This document shows positions 29,336 to 32,000 of a stretch of DNA of 32,000 nt, piece by piece. Below the pieces are notes generated by a model, which had not been told where the DNA came from, ran no database searches, and was given only the letters and a program-made list of their open reading frames with translations. The DNA comes from Escherichia coli. GTDB taxonomy: Bacteria > Pseudomonadota > Gammaproteobacteria > Enterobacterales > Enterobacteriaceae. The stretch is taken from assembly GCF_014168675.1 (NCBI RefSeq), contig NZ_AP021933.1, one strand, 5' to 3'. A program made the translations under genes and the position numbers. The stretch's first letter is position 1. Each line of letters opens with the position of its first letter.

Positions 29336-30080
29336 AAATCGTCTCTTCCGTCAAAATCCGCCGCGCGCCTAAAAAATGATCCTGCCAGAAAGGTTCAGCT
29401 AACCGGCTTATCCGAATGGTTTCGCCGGTACGTGGTGACTCGATAAACTGACCGTCTCCCAGATACACCCCCATATGATCGGCTATCTCGCGGCTGTGAA
29501 TATGGAAAAACAGCAAATCTCCCCGGCGCAGGTCGTTGTTCGCCACAATCGTTGCCCGATGGTAGTGATACATCTCATTGGCTGTGCGCGGGAGCTTCGC
29601 CTCAAGGATCTTGTTGTAGGCATAAAAAACCAACCCGCTACAGTCGAAGCCTTTATCGGGCCGCGTGCCGCCCCAGACATAAGGCTTGCCAAGCTGCTGC
29701 TCCAGGCGGTGAATCGCCACTTCGGTGATGTTATGCAGGTGATCGCTGCTTAAAAAGTGGTTGTTTTCCGCCAGCGCCTGCCAGCGTCTGTCACTCGCCT
29801 TGAGCGGCGCAGGAAACCATTCTGGATGCTGTTTTATCTGCTCCCGGTTGTGCTGGCGTAGCGCCCTTCTGCTTTCGGCATTGCCTTCCACAATATAGCT
29901 GGCCTGTTTTTTCAGATGGGTTTGGTACTGTTTTAATAAACGCGCACGGTTTTGCATCCGCTGGCGGGCGGCGTAGCTGAAAGAGATATGTGATGTGGTG
30001 GCGCTGGCAAATGAAGAAAACGGCAAGCAAAGCAACAGTAATCCCGACAACACAAAAGAGGGAATCGACGGCAAAGACAT
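29331..30080 (-). CDS. yafL: NlpC/P60-family probable cell-wall hydrolase YafL
   Basis: MSLPSIPSFVLSGLLLLCLPFSSFA signal peptide, KGFDCSGLVFYAYN motif; start trimmed from 30140. Confidence 0.95.
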   Translation of the reverse strand: MSLPSIPSFVLSGLLLLCLPFSSFASATTSHISFSYAARQRMQNRARLLKQYQTHLKKQASYIVEGNAESRRALRQHNREQIKQHPEWFPAPLKASDRRWQALAENNHFLSSDHLHNITEVAIHRLEQQLGKPYVWGGTRPDKGFDCSGLVFYAYNKILEAKLPRTANEMYHYHRATIVANNDLRRGDLLFFHIHSREIADHMGVYLGDGQFIESPRTGETIRISRLAEPFWQDHFLGARRILTEETIL

Positions 30081-30257
30081 TCTCAATAATGGCTGGTCAT
30101 GCATTGATGTTGCAGTGTATCCCGGCCCGTACCTGAACAAACTTAATAAACCATTATTATAAAATTAATAAATATATTTCAGTTAATTATGTAAAAACAT
30201 CCGTTTATTAAATTACTCATGGATTGTCGCTGTTGCTCATTTGAGCTACAATTCAAG

Positions 30258-30273
30258 CTGAATAAATATACAG
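30258..30273. promoter_or_regulatory. LexA box of dinJ-yafQ
   Basis: CTGAATAAATATACAG, CTG-N10-CAG, upstream of dinJ. Confidence 0.85.
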
Positions 30274-30289
30274 CACAGGAGATATCCCA

Positions 30290-30550
30290 ATGGCTGCTAA
30301 CGCGTTTGTTCGCGCCCGAATCGATGAAGATCTGAAGAATCAGGCGGCGGACGTACTGGCCGGGATGGGGCTGACCATCTCTGACCTGGTTCGCATAACC
30401 CTCACAAAGGTCGCGCGTGAAAAGGCATTGCCGTTTGATTTACGCGAGCCTAATCAATTAACTATTCAATCAATCAAAAACAGCGAAGCTGGCGTTGGTA
30501 TTCATAAGGCCAAAGACGCCGATGATTTATTTGATAAATTAGGAATTTAA
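30290..30550 (+). CDS. dinJ: Antitoxin DinJ
   Basis: 86 aa MAANAFVRARIDEDLKNQAADVLAGMGLTISDLVRITLTKVAREKALPFDLREPNQ.... Confidence 0.97.
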   Translation: MAANAFVRARIDEDLKNQAADVLAGMGLTISDLVRITLTKVAREKALPFDLREPNQLTIQSIKNSEAGVGIHKAKDADDLFDKLGI

Positions 30551-30552
30551 AT

Positions 30553-30830
30553 ATGATTCAAAGGGATATTGAATACTCGGGACAATTTTCAAAGGATGTA
30601 AAACTTGCACAAAAGCGTCATAAGGATATGAATAAATTGAAATATCTTATGACGCTCTTATCAATAATACTTTACTGCTTCCAGCTGTTTATAAAGACCA
30701 CCCGCTGCAAGGTTCATGGAAAGGTTATCGCGATGCTCATGTCGAACCGGACTGGATCCTGATTTACAAACTTACCGATAAACTTTTACGATTTGAGAGA
30801 ACTGGAACTCACGCGGCGCTATTTGGGTAA
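30553..30830 (+). pseudogene. yafQ: YafQ mRNA-interferase toxin, disrupted by a single-base deletion
   Basis: In frame to MIQRDIEYSGQFSKDVKLAQKRHKDMNKLKYLMTLL, then out of frame; YKDHPLQGSWKGYRDAHVEPDWILIYKLTDKLLRFERTGTHAALFG* is recovered in the next frame. The span is 278 nt instead of a multiple of 3. Confidence 0.9.
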
Positions 30831-30985
30831 AGCCCGCTGCCGATGAAATTTGTAAACCCTGCGCCGACAGGCTTGCGTAAAACTCTTTTGGTGATAATGT
30901 GAGCCTTCCAAATCCAGACTATTCCGATTTGGGATCCATTTTGCCGTCCTGGCGTGTGTAACCGTTTTATCAAGGAATAAGCAGT

Positions 30986-31726
30986 ATGCGTAAAATCGCA
31001 TTAATTCTTGCGATGTTGTTGATCCCGTGCGTTTCGTTTGCCGGTTTGCTGGGCAGCAGTAGCTCGACCACGCCAGTGAGCAAAGAGTATAAGCAGCAGT
31101 TGATGGGATCCCCTGTCTACATCCAGATCTTCAAGGAAGAACGTACGCTCGATCTCTACGTCAAAATGGGCGAGCAATATCAACTGCTCGACAGCTATAA
31201 AATCTGTAAATATTCCGGCGGCTTAGGGCCAAAACAGCGTCAGGGCGATTTCAAAAGCCCGGAAGGGTTTTATAGCGTCCAGCGTAATCAGTTAAAACCA
31301 GACAGCCGTTACTACAAAGCGATTAATATTGGATTCCCCAATGCCTATGACCGTGCGCATGGTTATGAAGGGAAATATCTGATGATCCACGGCGATTGTG
31401 TTTCCATCGGCTGCTACGCGATGACCAATCAGGGTATTGATGAGATCTTCCAGTTCGTTACTGGTGCGCTGGTGTTTGGTCAGCCGAGCGTGCAAGTGAG
31501 TATTTACCCGTTCCGCATGACCGACGCCAATATGAAGCGCCATAAATATTCCAACTTTAAGGACTTCTGGGAGCAACTGAAGCCGGGCTACGACTACTTT
31601 GAGCAAACCCGTAAGCCACCGACCGTTTCTGTGGTCAATGGCCGTTACGTGGTCAGCAAGCCGTTAAGCCACGAAGTTGTGCAGCCACAGCTGGCATCAA
31701 ACTACACGCTCCCCGAGGCAAAATAA
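30986..31726 (+). CDS. yafK: YafK L,D-transpeptidase-family protein (DpaA/LdtF)
   Basis: 246 aa MRKIALILAMLLIPCVSFA signal peptide; HGDCVSIGCYAMTNQG YkuD-like active site. Confidence 0.95.
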   Translation: MRKIALILAMLLIPCVSFAGLLGSSSSTTPVSKEYKQQLMGSPVYIQIFKEERTLDLYVKMGEQYQLLDSYKICKYSGGLGPKQRQGDFKSPEGFYSVQRNQLKPDSRYYKAINIGFPNAYDRAHGYEGKYLMIHGDCVSIGCYAMTNQGIDEIFQFVTGALVFGQPSVQVSIYPFRMTDANMKRHKYSNFKDFWEQLKPGYDYFEQTRKPPTVSVVNGRYVVSKPLSHEVVQPQLASNYTLPEAK

Positions 31727-32000
31727 GCGCCATTCGCCTGGCATAATCTTTTGCCAGGTTTCATTGCCCGTCAGCGGCTGTGTTGCAATCACCGTGACCA
31801 CATCATTCGGTGTGGTCTGCGAGCTGAAGTCGATTTCCACATCCTGATCCAGCAACGTTGCCACGCCAAACGGCGCGCGGCGGGTGATCCAGTGTAAATT
31901 AGTCGAGCAATACGCCATTACATAGCGTCCGTCAGAAAGCAGCATGTTGAAAACGCCCTTCTGCCGCAGTTCATCCGCCAGTGAGGCGATATATTTAAAC
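31697..32000 (-). CDS. yafJ: YafJ class II glutamine amidotransferase-like protein, C-terminal part
   Basis: Frame open to the window edge: FKYIASLADELRQKGVFNMLLSDGRYVMAYCSTNLHWITRRAPFG...; convergent with yafK. Confidence 0.9.
   Translation of the reverse strand, partial: FKYIASLADELRQKGVFNMLLSDGRYVMAYCSTNLHWITRRAPFGVATLLDQDVEIDFSSQTTPNDVVTVIATQPLTGNETWQKIMPGEWRLFCLGERVV

Overview
The window is an E. coli-type chromosomal segment. The left part (about 1-13770) is the integrase-proximal end of a prophage or satellite-like element inserted at the 3' end of a tRNA-Thr(CGU) gene (thrW). It encodes, read leftward from the tRNA, a P4-family integrase, an AlpA-like regulator, an AntA/AntB-type antirepressor, a DUF4222 protein, an Ash/Icd-like ORF, a run of small orphan ORFs and a P4-type zinc-finger/TOPRIM/DUF927 primase-helicase. 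These are followed directly by P22-like gp14, gp7, gp20 and gp16 (ejection) genes. The right part is core genome: proA, proB, phoE, crl, frsA, gpt, pepD, a small ORF plus a YdjM-like membrane protein, an intact prfH-rtcB2 operon, yafP, dinB, the Flag-2 deletion remnant (lafU/fhiA), rayT (yafM) flanked by REP elements, yafL, dinJ, a frameshifted yafQ, yafK and partial yafJ. Top leads: (1) the P22-like ejection operon follows a terminator, has its own -10 element and carries a LexA-box-like operator, with no terminase, portal or coat genes upstream; (2) an origin-like array of six 9-mer iterons, three per orientation, flanks an AT-rich core beside the primase; (3) a 15-codon ORF with a near-perfect Shine-Dalgarno and an overlapping imperfect hairpin lies in the leader of rtcB2-prfH; (4) a 1-nt deletion disrupts the YafQ toxin while DinJ stays intact. 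All family assignments come from recognising protein sequences by eye; no database search was run.
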